A DNA stretch of 64,000 nucleotides from Piromyces finnis finn (taxonomy: Eukaryota > Fungi > Neocallimastigomycota). The number at the start of each line of letters is the position of its first letter. The first letter of the stretch is position 1. The stretch spans positions 124,001 through 188,000 of the forward strand of contig MCFH01000011.1 in NCBI GenBank assembly GCA_002104945.1, written 5' to 3'. The position numbers and the translations under genes were made by a program. The notes under the pieces were generated by a model, which worked only from the letters and a program-made list of their open reading frames with translations, searched no databases and was not told the origin of the DNA. Below, piece by piece: positions 11,406 through 25,502 of the stretch.

Positions 11406-14381
11406 TTACATTTTACTATTACTACCACTTGTGTTATTGGTCATTCCATTTGAACTGGTAATATAATTAGAATTTTCTGGAATAGTAGTGGTGCTATTGT
11501 TCGATTGGAACATTCTCATTCTATTATCGGCATTATTGGAATAATAGGCAGCAGCAGAAGGAGTACTTATTGTTGAACTATAGCCTAGACTATTATTATT
11601 GCTCATGGTATTGGTGTTGGTATTGCCATAGATTTGAGTTCCAGAATGGAAAACTTGACTATTATTTTGACTGGTATTGCCAAACGTTTGACTATTATTC
11701 ATATTACCACCACCACCGCCACCACCATACATCATAGGATAATTCGTGGCATTAGGATTATTTACATTATAATTGTGTATAAGTGAATCTTTTAAAATGT
11801 CATTGTTGGTATTATGGGATGGTCTATTCATAGAATTACTAACAATCATCATATTATTTTTATTTGTTGGAACTAATGCTGTAGAATGGTTATTTATAAA
11901 ATCATTATTATTACTATGATTATTACTACTATTATTAAATGGATCAAAACTATCATTGACCGATTTAATATAGTTATTATTATTATTATTGCTATTATTG
12001 GAAATGGTGGAGGTGGCAATGGTATTCGCTTTGTTAATACTATTGGTTGTAAAAGAATTATTTGGCATCATCGGTGCTGGTAATATATTCTGTTGTTGTT
12101 GTTGTTGTTGCATGAATTGCATCTGTTGTTGTTGTTGTTGTTGTTGCATAGAGGATAGAGGGTAATTTTGATTATTATTTCTATTCAAGGAAGAATATTG
12201 TGGGGAGGAAAGTTGAGGAGATGAACTTGAATTATTAGAAAATTGTGGTGATACTATAGATGAATTCATAAATGAATTTTGTTGTGAATTCATTTGTCCT
12301 GGACTAGAAAGTTGTGGTGATAAAGGGTTATTATTCATCGAATATGAATTTTGTTGGGTTGGTGAACTTTGAAATTGGTTAGAGGAAGTTCCCATACCTG
12401 AAGGAGATCCCATCCTATCCATACCATAATTCATAGCATTAGTATTGTTAGAAGAATAGGTGAAATTAGAACTTTTTGGAGAAAATGAATTAAAATTGCC
12501 TTGACTATTCATAGATAGTGGTGACTGTAAATTAGCTGAAAAGATAGAAGATATATCATCATTATTCATAACGATACTACTATTACGTTTTTGATTTGGA
12601 TTGGTTGGTGGTGGTTTAATAATAGGATTAGATGGTTGGGTCGTTGAACTAGTATCAATAGAATTAAAGAAATCATAATTATCGTTGTTGCCATTACTAC
12701 TATCATTATTTTGAACCATTGGATATGGTGGATGAGAAGAGGAAGAAGCACCACTAGTAATTGTTAATTCATCCACTAGATTATTTTTTTTTATTTATTT
12801 ATTATTAATAATATATAAAATTAAATTTTGAAATTATAATGAATAAAGTTTTTTAATAATTACTTTTTTTATTTTTCTTTAAAAAAAAAAAAAAAAAAAA
12901 AAATTGAAAAACTATTCAAAATAAAGAAAAAGAAAAATTATAAATTGTAAATAATAATAATAAATAAATAATGAAATTCCATACTTTCATTGGTAATAAC
13001 TTCTGATTCATTAATGGAGGTTTCTGATGGATTCGATGAAGAATAAGACGATAATGAGGTAACTGAACGTGAAGATTTGAGATGCTTATCATCATTCTTA
13101 TTTAAAAGATATTCAATAATTTTTTCTACATTATTATCATACTAATAAAAAAAAAAAATAGTTTTTATATCCATAATATAAAAAATATTAGTTTAATCAT
13201 TCGTATTAATGATAAATTATAATACACATTTATACAAAAAAAAAAAAAAAGAGTTTACCTTTCTAATTAATAGTAAAGTTTTAGTATTTGATTTAATATT
13301 AAAACCCATATTTTCAATTTGTTCTATGGTTTCACTTTCTTGTGATGTTGGGTTATATTCCATAGTTGAATATAAAGTTTTCTTTTCTTGATGTTTTGCT
13401 TGAGCATTAATAATTAAATCTGTAGCTTTTTGAACATTACCTTTAGTAAGAATTAGAGCTTTTAAATTATACTTTTTCTTTGTAAAACCCATTGAAATTA
13501 ATTGTTCCATTTCATTTAAATATTTTGTTTCATAGTCAACATCACTAGATGATGCTTGACTTTGGTTATAATTTCCAAAAAATGTTTTACGTTTATTTAT
13601 TAATGAATTCTATTTTGTTGGTTAAAATATGATAAAAAGAAAACATATATATTATAATTTTGTTCTATTTTTTTTTAAAAAAAAAAAATACATGTATGAA
13701 ATTTAATATAAATATATAAATTATTACTCTTTTATTTTCTTCTTGAACAAAACTCAAAGAATCATATTTTTGTCTTAAATAATCTAAAGTACTGTATACA
13801 TGATAAAAAATAAAATAAAATAAAATGCATTATTATCTATTTCTTTTATTTCTTTTACGTTTTGTTTTATTATATATATAATTTATTAAATATTTACACT
13901 GGACGATTTCTAACAACAGCTCCATAAATCTGTTTAGCATTGGCATTTCCCATTATTAAGAAATTCTGTAATAATTTAAAATAATAAATTATGTTATATA
14001 TTGTTAAATACTTTCTATTAATTTCTTTCCTATTTTTTTTTTTTTTTTTTTTTTTTCATTTGACATATCAAAATTGATAAATTATTTATTTATAAAAATT
14101 AAAAATTTTTTTTTTTTTTTTTTTTAAATAACCTGCATTTCTTCCGCAGTCCAAATATCAGTTTCTATTGATTTAACAACAGAAACTTGTGGTCCTAATA
14201 ATTGATGTAAATGACTACATTTACTACAAATAAAAACACCTAAATTTACTGAAGCATATTTTGGTTCTTTGGCACCACAATCAGCACAATACATATTTTC
14301 CGGTGTATTATGTCTAAAATTCTTTAAAATTTTATAGTTACTTTTTTGTTGTTTAGGAACTTTCTTTATTTTTAATCCCAT
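11406..14381 (-). CDS. ArfGAP-domain protein with UBA-like domain(s) and Q/N/S-rich tail (Gts1/Ucp3-like architecture), multi-exon
   Basis: First exon has the ArfGAP zinc motif CADCGAKEPKYASVNLGVFICSKCSHLH. The 13217-13510 ORF has UBA-like EQLISMGF...KALILTKGNVQKATDLI plus a second IEQIENMGF. The long last exon (11406-12776) has polyQ. Confidence 0.85.
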
Positions 14382-15785
14382 TTTTTGATGAATATTTATA
14401 GAATAAATTGAGTAAAATAAGAAAAGTGACTTTGAATTTGTCTATCAAATCCAAATATAATGAATATAAACTTTTGTAATTTTCTTTTTTTTTTTTTTTA
14501 TTAATGGATATTAATAAATATTGTATTCTTTGTATTTATCTATTTGATAGTAGTATGAATATAATTTATTAATAAAAATGAATAATCAACATTAAAATGC
14601 CTTCTTTTTTTTTTTTTTTTTTTTTTTTTGAAAAATAAAATAATAAAAATATAATTTATATATATTATATATATTAATAAATGAAACTATTAATTAATAT
14701 AATTTAATTATAATTAAACTTTAATTTCTTTTTTTTCACTTTTAAAATTTAAAAAAATCATTCTAAATTTTAAAAATTAATTTTTATTATTATTTAAAGA
14801 AAAAAAAAAAAAAAAAAAAAAAGAAATAGGTATAAAGATAAAATAAAAAAAAAAAGTCGAGATTAAAATGTTAGTAAAAGAAAAGTTGTTTTTTTTTTCT
14901 TTTTCTACTTTATTTTTAAATTAAATCTCGAAATTTTTTATTTTTTATTATACATAATCTTTACATTAGAATAAATTATAAAATTGAGAATCATTACCTA
15001 CCTTCTTTTTTGTAATGGAATAAAATAAGCTTTTAGCATCGGTGGTATATGGAAAGATTATATATAGAAAAATAAAAAAAATATTTATTTATATCTACCT
15101 TTTGCATATACAAAAGAAATTAAAGTTTTTATTTTTAGGTTCGAAAATAATGATAAAATGATATCATACACCAAAAAATCGTTTATTCCTATATAATTTA
15201 TGATTTATTGTCAAATTTTGTTAATTTGTTGTTAATACTAATGAAATGAAAATGAATACAAAAAAAAAAAAAGGATAAATAACGATTTTAGAATATTGCT
15301 GACACGGATAATAATAAATTTATTTTATTATTATTATTATAATTATTATTATTATTATTATTATTTTATTTTATCATTTTTTTATTTTTATATTTTCATA
15401 ATGATATATTTAATGTTATTATATATTATATACAATTACATAATTTTTTTTATTACTTTATTTTTTTTTTATGTTACTTGTTTTGATTTTATTTCTATTT
15501 ATTTTTAGTTATAATAAAAAAAATAAAAATAAAACCCTTTTTTTAATTTTATAGGCAATTATATAATATATTATTATCATTATTATTATTATAAAATATA
15601 TATAAAAAATTACAAGATAATAGTTCAAATTAAAACTTATTTAAAATTTATTATTAAAAAAAAAAAGAATGATATATGTGATTAATAAAAGGAAATATAT
15701 ACATATATATATAATATTTCTTTTTTTTAGATTATTTATGAAATACATTTTCTAAATATTCGTTATTGATTAAATTTATATAGTT

Positions 15786-18700
15786 TTAATCTTCTGTAAT
15801 CCAATCTATATCTTTTCCTTCTTTTAATGCTTTCAAAGCTAATACAAATTTACGATATTGTTTATCTGCATCATATTGAATAAATTGGAAGCAATAAAGG
15901 GTATATTCAGAATCAGGTACATCATGAGATGTAAATGTTGTTCCTGAAGGAATTGGGAAATTATTGTTACCATTATTTGAAGATGTCATTAAATCTTTAT
16001 TCATATTATTGTAAAAGTTATTTGTATATCTATCTTTTTTGAAATTTAGAATTAATCTTACAATATTCTTTTGACCTAATGAAAATTAAAAATATTTATA
16101 ATAATAGTCAATTTTAAAAGAAAATTATATAATTTTTTTTTTTGTATTTGTATGCCTGATTTTTTTTTATATATTATTATTTTTAAACCAAAAAAAAAAA
16201 AAAAAAGAATTAATATATTGATTAAATTTTATTGGAAATACTTACGATATTGATCATCTTCTTCAATACTAATATCTCGATAATCTATACATCTAATATA
16301 TCTATAAATTTGTTTAGAATGACTTCTCAATGCTCGAATTAATGGATGGGATATAATGTTGTTGGTGGTGGTGTTATTAACATTTCTAGTGTTTTTAGTT
16401 AACATAAATAAATCAGAAAAAAGGAAAATATGCATGGGTCGATGATTTTTATTTAGAACGTCTAAAACATCAATTTGATAAATAAGTCTACGCTTATGAG
16501 TAATAATGGTTGGTGGACAATTTTCGGTTTGTTCAAATGCTGTAAACATAGAAGTTGTTTCTTCTTCTCTTCTTTTAACTTCATTGACTTTTGTTGCTAA
16601 TAATGTCATTTCTTTCAACGCTAAACTTAAATCTTCATAATCTGGATGGGTTTGATCAATAAATTTAATTAAATCTAATATCAATAGTCATATTAAAATA
16701 TATTATATATATATAATATATATTAGTAATTATTATTAGTATTATTATTAGCATTATTAGTAGTAGTCGTCGTCGTCGTCGTCGTTGGCGTAGTAAAAAA
16801 TAAATTAATCTTTTCATAAATATTTTATTTTATCATGTTTTGACTATTTATATTTACCTTTAATTATTAAAGAATATCTAGTTGTACGTTGAACAGGGAA
16901 CATTAAATATTCTTTTAAACTTTTTCTATTTGTTTCTGTACTTGTTAAACAATCCTACATAAATATATTCAAAAAAATTATATATTTATTATTAATACAC
17001 TTTTCAATAAAATTTTTTAGTATTATAATTTTTTTTTATATTATTATTTACTTTCATAAATTGTCTAAATTGTGGATTTGTTTCTTCTTCTCTTCTAATT
17101 GCATCTAATGATCTTGCATAGTTATCAATAAAATTTTGATAAATTTGCCAGTCATTTCTCTAAAGAAATGATATGTTAATTAAAAGGGTATTTTTAAATA
17201 AAGATTTTAAATGTATATAATAATAAAATCCATAATTAATTAAAATATTAAAAAATTTATAAAAAATAAAAAAAAATTATTATACATACATATTCAATAA
17301 ATAGTTTTCCAACTAATGAATTTTTATTCCAATTACATACAACTTTATGTAATGATTTATAAAATCTTTTATGTAACTCTAATAAATCATCTATATTCAA
17401 ATTCATATTATATAAAAAATATATAAATAAATGAATAAATCATATATAAAAGAAATACTGAGAATAAAATTATTTTCAAAAAAAAACTTACCAACACCTT
17501 CAAAAATACTATTTAATGTAATAGGACTAATAATATTCTTTAATTTTTCTTTAAAGAACTAAAAAAAAAATATTTATATTGAAATAATAGTATATAAAAA
17601 ATAATGTTAAATTATCTAATAAAAATTTTCAATTTAACTTTGATTATGAAAAAATTGAAAAAAAAAAAAAATAATAATAATAATTACATTATTTAATGTA
17701 TATAGATCTGATAAATAATTTTTTTCGGTTTCATAAAGATTAGCTACAACATAACCTAGAAAATTAATATATATATATATAATTTTTAGTGAAAAGGAAT
17801 AATAATTTTAACCCCAATATATATATATATACAAGAAATATTTATAATGATATTTTTTTACCTCTTGGTTCACTGTGTAATCCTTCTGTTGGGTCAAAAT
17901 CTTCATCTGATTCTAGACATAGAGGTGTTGGTGGCTCATCTTCATCTTCATCATCTGAAAAGTCATAGGCATCAATTGGAATAGAAGTTGATATCGCATC
18001 AATTAAATTTGGACACATAACAAATATTGGATTAGAAGATAGTAATGGATTTTCGGTTAATTGAATGTCAGAATCATCAATTTTTTTAAATAGATCTTTA
18101 TCATTTATTTCAAATTCACTAGTCACAACTTTTCTGGCAGCTTCAATATCTTCGGTTAATGGATTATTACGCTTGTAGAGCTGTTCATATATTTTTTTAT
18201 TACTATCAGAATTTTTGGTGTTTAAATACATTTTACTATCAATGGTATTATTTCTTTCGGGAATTTGATGATTTTTATTCAATAAATTACTACTAACTGA
18301 ATTGCATCTATTAATTCTATCGGTAAATCTATCATTTATAGTATTATATCTAGTAGGTATCTTAGTAGTATTTGTTAAGTAATTTTGATTTTTATTGGTT
18401 TCATTTAAAGAAGAGGATGATTTCTTAGTAACTAATTTATGTACAACACCATTTTCATCCGGAACATCTGTTAGTGTTAATCCATTAAACATTTTATTAG
18501 CGTGTAATGAATGGCTTCTGACAGGATGAAATATTTTTCCTGTTCCACTCTCATCCTCTCCCACAATTCTATTAACAATAGATTTATTCAAACTATCTAA
18601 TGAACCTTTCTTTGTGAGGCCATTAGGTATAATTTTTTGAATATCAATATCGCATTGTTCACCCTTCAAATTATTATATAAAATAGGTTCTGATCCTATC

Positions 18701-20343
18701 TTTTTAGTAAGCATTTCTTTATTATTAATATTATTAAATGTCGTGGATTTATTATTATGAAGATAGTCACTAGGAACAATGATTGTATTTCTATGAGTAT
18801 TTTTTAATTTTAATAATTTATTATTAGGCGCTACGGAAAATGAATTATCGTTTAGTTGATCATTACGATTTATGTTATTAAAATTGTTAAACTCCATGTC
18901 CTCACCAATATCATCATCCATAACTTGAGGTTCTAGATACCTTGTACTACCAATATTACTGTCCAAATTGTTTATTGATGAATTTGAAAAGGATTTAGGT
19001 ATTCCTATATGCTTATTCATAGCACTATCTGATCTTTGAGTCTTTAATGAATTTGCTCTATATCTATTTTTTAAATTCCTTGAAATATTACTACTGTCAT
19101 TTTCTTCTAATTTTTCTTCGGAACCGAATGAGGAAGATTTTACATGAACATTATCATAACTAGTTAAACTTTTTTGGGAATTTAATAAAGAAGTTGGAGG
19201 AAGCGGAAAAGATATATCATTTTTATTGGTAGTTTGTGATATGGAATTGCTATCGGATACATTAATTATATTTTTGGGACTATCCATTTTTATCGGGTTA
19301 AATGGTAGTTCAGGTTGATAATTTAAAGGGGTAACATAGTTAGAAGATGGTTCACTTTCATCAACAATATTGGTTGATATATCATAAAGACCATCTTTTC
19401 TTTTATCAGATTGTACACGATCCGTACTACTGCTATTTTTTCTACTCTCTTGACTATATTTATTATAGGTATCAATTGGATTATTTAATTCACCTCTAAA
19501 ATGATTAAATCCTTGTGATGGTCGGATAGGACTTGATATTTTACGTAATTTAGCACTACTTTTAGGTTTTTGAAGTTTTATACCATCTCCATTACTTTTA
19601 CTTTTCTTATGGCTTACGCCGTGTGGAATACCAATTTCCATTACCATATCACTTCTTAATATTTTTCCATCATTTACACTACTATCTGTACCATTTTCCA
19701 TAATATTACTACTATTCATTGGGTTATTGCTATTGCCGCTATTTAATCTTCTAACTCTAGTATCACCTCTATCATATCCCTTTTTCAGGGTAATTTCACT
19801 TTTACTACTATTATCTCTACAAAGTCTTGTTTCATTACTTTCTATTCTTCCTTTGTATATGGCTTCACTTTCACTATTGTTTCTTTTCATTTTTGATACA
19901 TCATCAATAACTCGAGACAATTCGTCTGCACCACTATAGTTTTTCATGCTTTGTATTTCATAATCATAATTATTATTATAAGATGATGATACTGAATTAT
20001 CTCTTGATTTACTTTTGGGTTGAGAATAATCACCTCCTTTTGAATTATAATATATATCTTTATTTCTTACTTTTTCTCCTCTATTACTATTTTCTCTTAC
20101 TCTACAATACGCCCCAGTATCACTTTTTACTGTATTCACACTATCATCTCTTGGTCGACCTTTTTCATTGCTATTTATTATATCACCATCAATTAAATTT
20201 GGAAATTGATATAATATTTCATTTGTGGTTTTTGAAGAATTTAAATGGATATCATAATCTTTTTTTATATCACTCTCGTTTAAATTTAATGGATTAATAT
20301 TTATATGTTTATTCTGATTATTATTATTACTCATGGTATTCAA
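15786..20343 (-). CDS. Dbl-family RhoGEF (DH-PH), ECT2-like DH/PH junction, long low-complexity N-terminal exon
   Basis: DH fragments LMFPVQRTTRYSLII and DLIKFIDQTHPDYEDLSLALKEMTLLATKVNEVKR, followed by ENCPPTIITHKRRLIY...HIFLFSDLFML (PH). The first exon is an 833-codon ORF. Exact exon boundaries and stop are not fully resolved. Confidence 0.8.
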
Positions 20344-20759
20344 TTAAATTTGATTTTGATTTTATACTATTTGTTCACTATAATAAAAAAAATGTTTTTT
20401 TTTTTTAACTTTAATTTTTATTTCCAATATATATATATTTATTCCTAATAATACAACATTTAAATAAAATTTTTTAATTAAAAACCAAAAAAAAAAAAAA
20501 AAAACTCATATAATGAACAAATCTTTGGATGACATAATAATGCAGACAGATTCTTTAAAAAAAGGAAAAGAGTAATATATGTTTATGTATATTAGCCTTT
20601 ATTAAATATATGTTTATGTTTATATTAATTGACTGGTACCACTATATTATACTATGATTTTATTTTTTTTTTTTTTATAAATAAGGTTTATTAACTTTAT
20701 AGCTTTTTTTAAATAGTGTATTTCTATATTTCTATAAAAAAAAATAGAAATATATGAAG

Positions 20760-20794
<35 letters not shown>

Positions 20795-21364
20795 ATAATA
20801 TTTAGTGTTTTTTTTTTTTTAATATGGAAATTAAAATACTAAATATTATAAAAAAAAATAATACAAATTATAATTATATAGTAATTCTAATTATAATAAT
20901 ATTTATTATAAATCATAATCTAAATATATATATAAATTTTTTAATAATTATTTATATATAAAAATATTTTTTTCTTTTTTTTTTTATTTTTTTTTTTTTT
21001 TGAAATTATAATATATATGTTGTGAACAAAACTATTTCTTTTTAGTATATAAGCACTTGATATTGACGGATACATGTAATTTTTATCAATAATTTATACA
21101 TAAATAACTAATTTTCAGAATTAAATATACATTCTCAATGTAATCTTTAAACTTTAAATGTGGATAATTCATTTAATTTTTTTGTTGTTGATTTTAATTT
21201 ATTTAATAATAATGTTTCCTTTTTATCTAAAAAAGGAAAAGTGTCATTAATTGATAACATAATCAATATAAAATATTTAAATAAAAAAAATAATAAATTA
21301 CATCCTTATACCTTAAAAATTATTAAAAGTTTGATTATAGATCACTTATTTCCTTTTATTGTTA

Positions 21365-21365
<1 letters not shown>

Positions 21366-21398
<33 letters not shown>

Positions 21399-21429
21399 GT
21401 TTATTATTATTATGTTTATTATTATTATG

Positions 21430-21497
<68 letters not shown>
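21366..21497. repeat. Compound (ATT)n/(ATG)n microsatellite
   Basis: Directly visible. Confidence 0.85.
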
Positions 21498-22918
21498 CTA
21501 TAGTGTTTGTCTATTGACTATACTTTATTTAAAACTATTTCATTTTTATTATCCTTGATATAATCACTATTACTACTAAATTTAGTATTGTCCGTCTAAA
21601 TTAACAGGCATTAATAATATTTCCATTTATTATTTTTATTACTAAACATTTATTATATCAATTTTATTAAAAAAAAATATAAAGATTAAAATTTTTATTT
21701 TCTAATATTAAAAATTCTTTAAACTTTTTTAACTACTATTATAAGTTTATATATATCTATATTACTCCAAAATTTTATATAAAAAAAAAACCTTTCCTAT
21801 CAAAATCTTTCTATTTATATTCTTTTATTTTAATATTCATGCATACATATTAACATTTCAATGTTAATTAAACATTAACTATACCTATACCTTTTCTTAA
21901 TTACTGACTCTGTAGTAATTATTATTCTACTCTTCTAATAAATATAATTATAAATTATACAGAAGTTTATAATTACATTAATTAAAAAAAAATGATATAT
22001 ATTAAATGAAATATTATAAATTTGTTTATTCATTTGATATTATTCTATGGTAAAAGAAAATGAAAAATGTAACCCAAAGATATTATGACATTTTAATTAA
22101 AAAAATAATAATTAAACTTTTATGATGTAAGTGGTACAAATTATTTTTAATTTATTAATTTATTAAAAATCTTCTTTTTTTGTTTTAAATAATTTCAATT
22201 ATAAAAATTATGAATCACTCACCACTTTTTCTACTATAAAAACATTCTTTTTTGTTTTTTTTGTTTGACCTTTTTTTTTTACTTTAATCATGTGTTTTGA
22301 TAATTTATTTACTACAATAAATATTGATACTTTTTCTATTATATTTAATAATAAATTGTTTATACTATTAGAAACATTTTAACACTAAAAAAAATAATAA
22401 AGATATGTATTAATTAAAAGAAAACTAGTATAAAATTAATCACCTTTTTACATATACCTTTAAATTTATTATATAAAGCATACTATTTTCTTAATAATAA
22501 AATATTTAATTTCATGATATTATAAATTAACACTATAAAGATATCCGTATTATTAATTAAATTGCTATTGCTATTTAAATGGCGGTGATGGAGTATAGAT
22601 ATATGTACATATCAATTATTGTAACAAATGTATTGGATAAGAAGATACATTATATTTACATTAGAAATAACTATTTAATGAGGGAAGTTGTATTTCTGTG
22701 AAAAAAAAAATTAAAGAAAAAAAAATATAGTAATTACTTAAGTAACTATTACTTAAAAATAACGATAGTAAATATAATGATTATTTATTATTTTCAATAT
22801 AACAATATAAAATTCAATAAATAAAACTTTTATCTTTTTTATATAAAAAAAAAACTAATAAAAGAATAAAAATAGTAATTACTAAATATAATAATTCCTA
22901 GAATCTAACTTTTAAAAA

Positions 22919-23758
22919 ATGGAATCATCAATTCAATATGTTATGTACTGGATTATATTCAGTATATTACTTATATTAATTTCAACAATCAATTTTTCAA
23001 TATTTTATTATTTTGATTATTACAGTATATTCTTTTTTATTTTGTATTATCCAATAATTAAGGAAATTGATAAATTTACTATTAAACCATATACCAGCAA
23101 ATATGTAAAAAGTGGCGAAAATGATTCAAAAACTAAAGAAAATGTAGAAAAAAGTGTATTAAAGAAAAAATATATTATAAAAATTTGGATTAATTCAATG
23201 ATCAATTCTGGTGTTTATTATATATTTTTATCAATCTTATTAAGTTGCTTTAATTCACTAAAAATAACTACAAAAGAATCGTTTTTATTACAATTTGAAT
23301 ATTTCATGATTTTAATTGATAATGGTACTTCCCTCATTTTCCTTTCATTACTTATAACTTTAATCAATGGTTATTATGAATCTAAAGAATATACATTATT
23401 AGAAGCTGTTACTAACATATTTTTCATAACGTCTGGAATAAAATACCCATATTCTACAATACATATGAATTCGTATTGCAAATTATATTTGGAAAATGTA
23501 GATAAACTTAGTTTCTTTGAATTTTGTTATTTACATATTCGAGGTATTCGTCGTAAAACAGAGCCATTCACATTCAAAAAAGATGTTGTATACATATCTC
23601 CAGATAATCAAAAGTATATGACAATTGGTTCAGAAATATCACCACGTTGGACTCAATATATTGTATATAATTATAAAGGTAGTATTATATCTGCATCTCC
23701 TAACCTTCCAAGTAATCAAATGTATGAAGAAAAGTTTAACCTTTTATCCCTTCAATAA
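22919..23758 (+). CDS. Intronless hypothetical membrane protein, no recognised family
   Basis: 279-aa ORF with about 4-5 hydrophobic segments and a soluble C-terminus, flanked by much more AT-rich DNA. Confidence 0.55.
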   Translation: MESSIQYVMYWIIFSILLILISTINFSIFYYFDYYSIFFFILYYPIIKEIDKFTIKPYTSKYVKSGENDSKTKENVEKSVLKKKYIIKIWINSMINSGVYYIFLSILLSCFNSLKITTKESFLLQFEYFMILIDNGTSLIFLSLLITLINGYYESKEYTLLEAVTNIFFITSGIKYPYSTIHMNSYCKLYLENVDKLSFFEFCYLHIRGIRRKTEPFTFKKDVVYISPDNQKYMTIGSEISPRWTQYIVYNYKGSIISASPNLPSNQMYEEKFNLLSLQ

Positions 23759-25502
23759 TGTAGTAAATAAACAATTATATATTTTATAAAATAAATTCAT
23801 AACAATAATATTTATATCATTTACAATCATATAACCAAATAATATAAAATGCATAAAGGAAGGTTCAATACTGCAACTGTTTAATAAATAATATTGAGTA
23901 ATAAAAAAATATAGTATTTACTTTATCAAGAAAATATTTTATTATATAAAAAAATAAATCATAACATAAAGTCTATTATTGTTGTTGTTTTTATTGTTGT
24001 TTATGAATGCCTATATTTTTATTCCTTTCTATTTCATTTTATATATCATAATTTGAGTACACTCGTAATTTTTTTGCAATATGTAAACCTAAATTTAAGT
24101 TTGTTAAGATTATAAAATCATCAAGAAACTTTATTTCTACAATAACATCAACATCATTTGCTACATAAATAATATTTATTTAATAATAAAAATGGATAAA
24201 ATAAATAATTATTATTCTTTTTATAATTTAATATTTAATTATTTTTATCATTTCATAAAAAAATGTTTCTACTCGTTAGTAATATCAACTATTTATATTG
24301 CTATTAAAATATGTAAAAATGGTTTTATAAAAATTATAAAATTATAATACAAATATTAATATATATATATATAAAAATTAATATAAAACTTTAAAAAGGT
24401 TTTTTTATTATTATTATTATTAATATCATTTCAAAACAAACAAACATAGTATTAATAATAAATTATAATTAAAAACTTATACTCAATAAAAAAAAAGTTT
24501 TTTATTATTTATTTTAGTTTTTGTATTAAAGAAATCCACTACTACATGATTAATATTATAGTTATTTCTTTTTTTTCATTTTATTCTCTTATCTAAAAAA
24601 TCAAAAATAATATATTATTACAATATATAAAAGTATATTAAGTATTAAGAGAAAGCTTAAATAAATAAATTTAAAGAAAAAAAAACATTTTTTGAATTTT
24701 AATTTTCAACTACGCAGACTTTTTTTGTTAGAAATAAAATAAAATAGTATTTTTTATGTAATATCATTACTTTTCAAAAAGAATTTTATTTTTTAGATTG
24801 GTAATTGTAATCAATTTTTTTATATGAATTTCATTTAAATACCATAATAATTTTCTGGTAACATATGCTTTAAGGAATTTCTCTCTACCTGCATTAATTA
24901 CTAATGTTACACAAATACCAAAGAGGAAAAAAAAAAACCGCAGTAATACAAAAAATCATATATAAAAAAAAGTATAAATTACTATATCTATATGCATGCA
25001 TAAAATATATATATACTATAAGTAAAAAAGTAAAAAATCATACACCATATTCACTATATTATTAATTTAATAATTATATAGTTTTTATGTATTATATAAT
25101 TAAACTTTTTAATTATTTATTAAAACATCACTTCTGAGTTTTAATAAGTTTCTTTTATTATTTATATATTTTTTAAAGTTATTCATTTAATATTAAATTA
25201 GTCTTTTGATATTAAATACTTTATTCAAAATTTCGATAAAAAGTATATATCATTCATATTATAAAGTTAACATTAGTTTTTAAAGTTTATGTTAACTTTT
25301 TCAGAAATGAAACATATAAATTTAAAATTTATCATCATATCCTATATTTTAAAAATTAAATAAAAAAAATATTTTGTTGTAAAATATATTCACACAATAA
25401 AATAGAAAGAGAAATCATTATAATTATAATATAGTAATAATAAAAAGTAAATGATATTAATTAATAAAGAATAACAAAATAATAATATTATATGCATATA
25501 AA

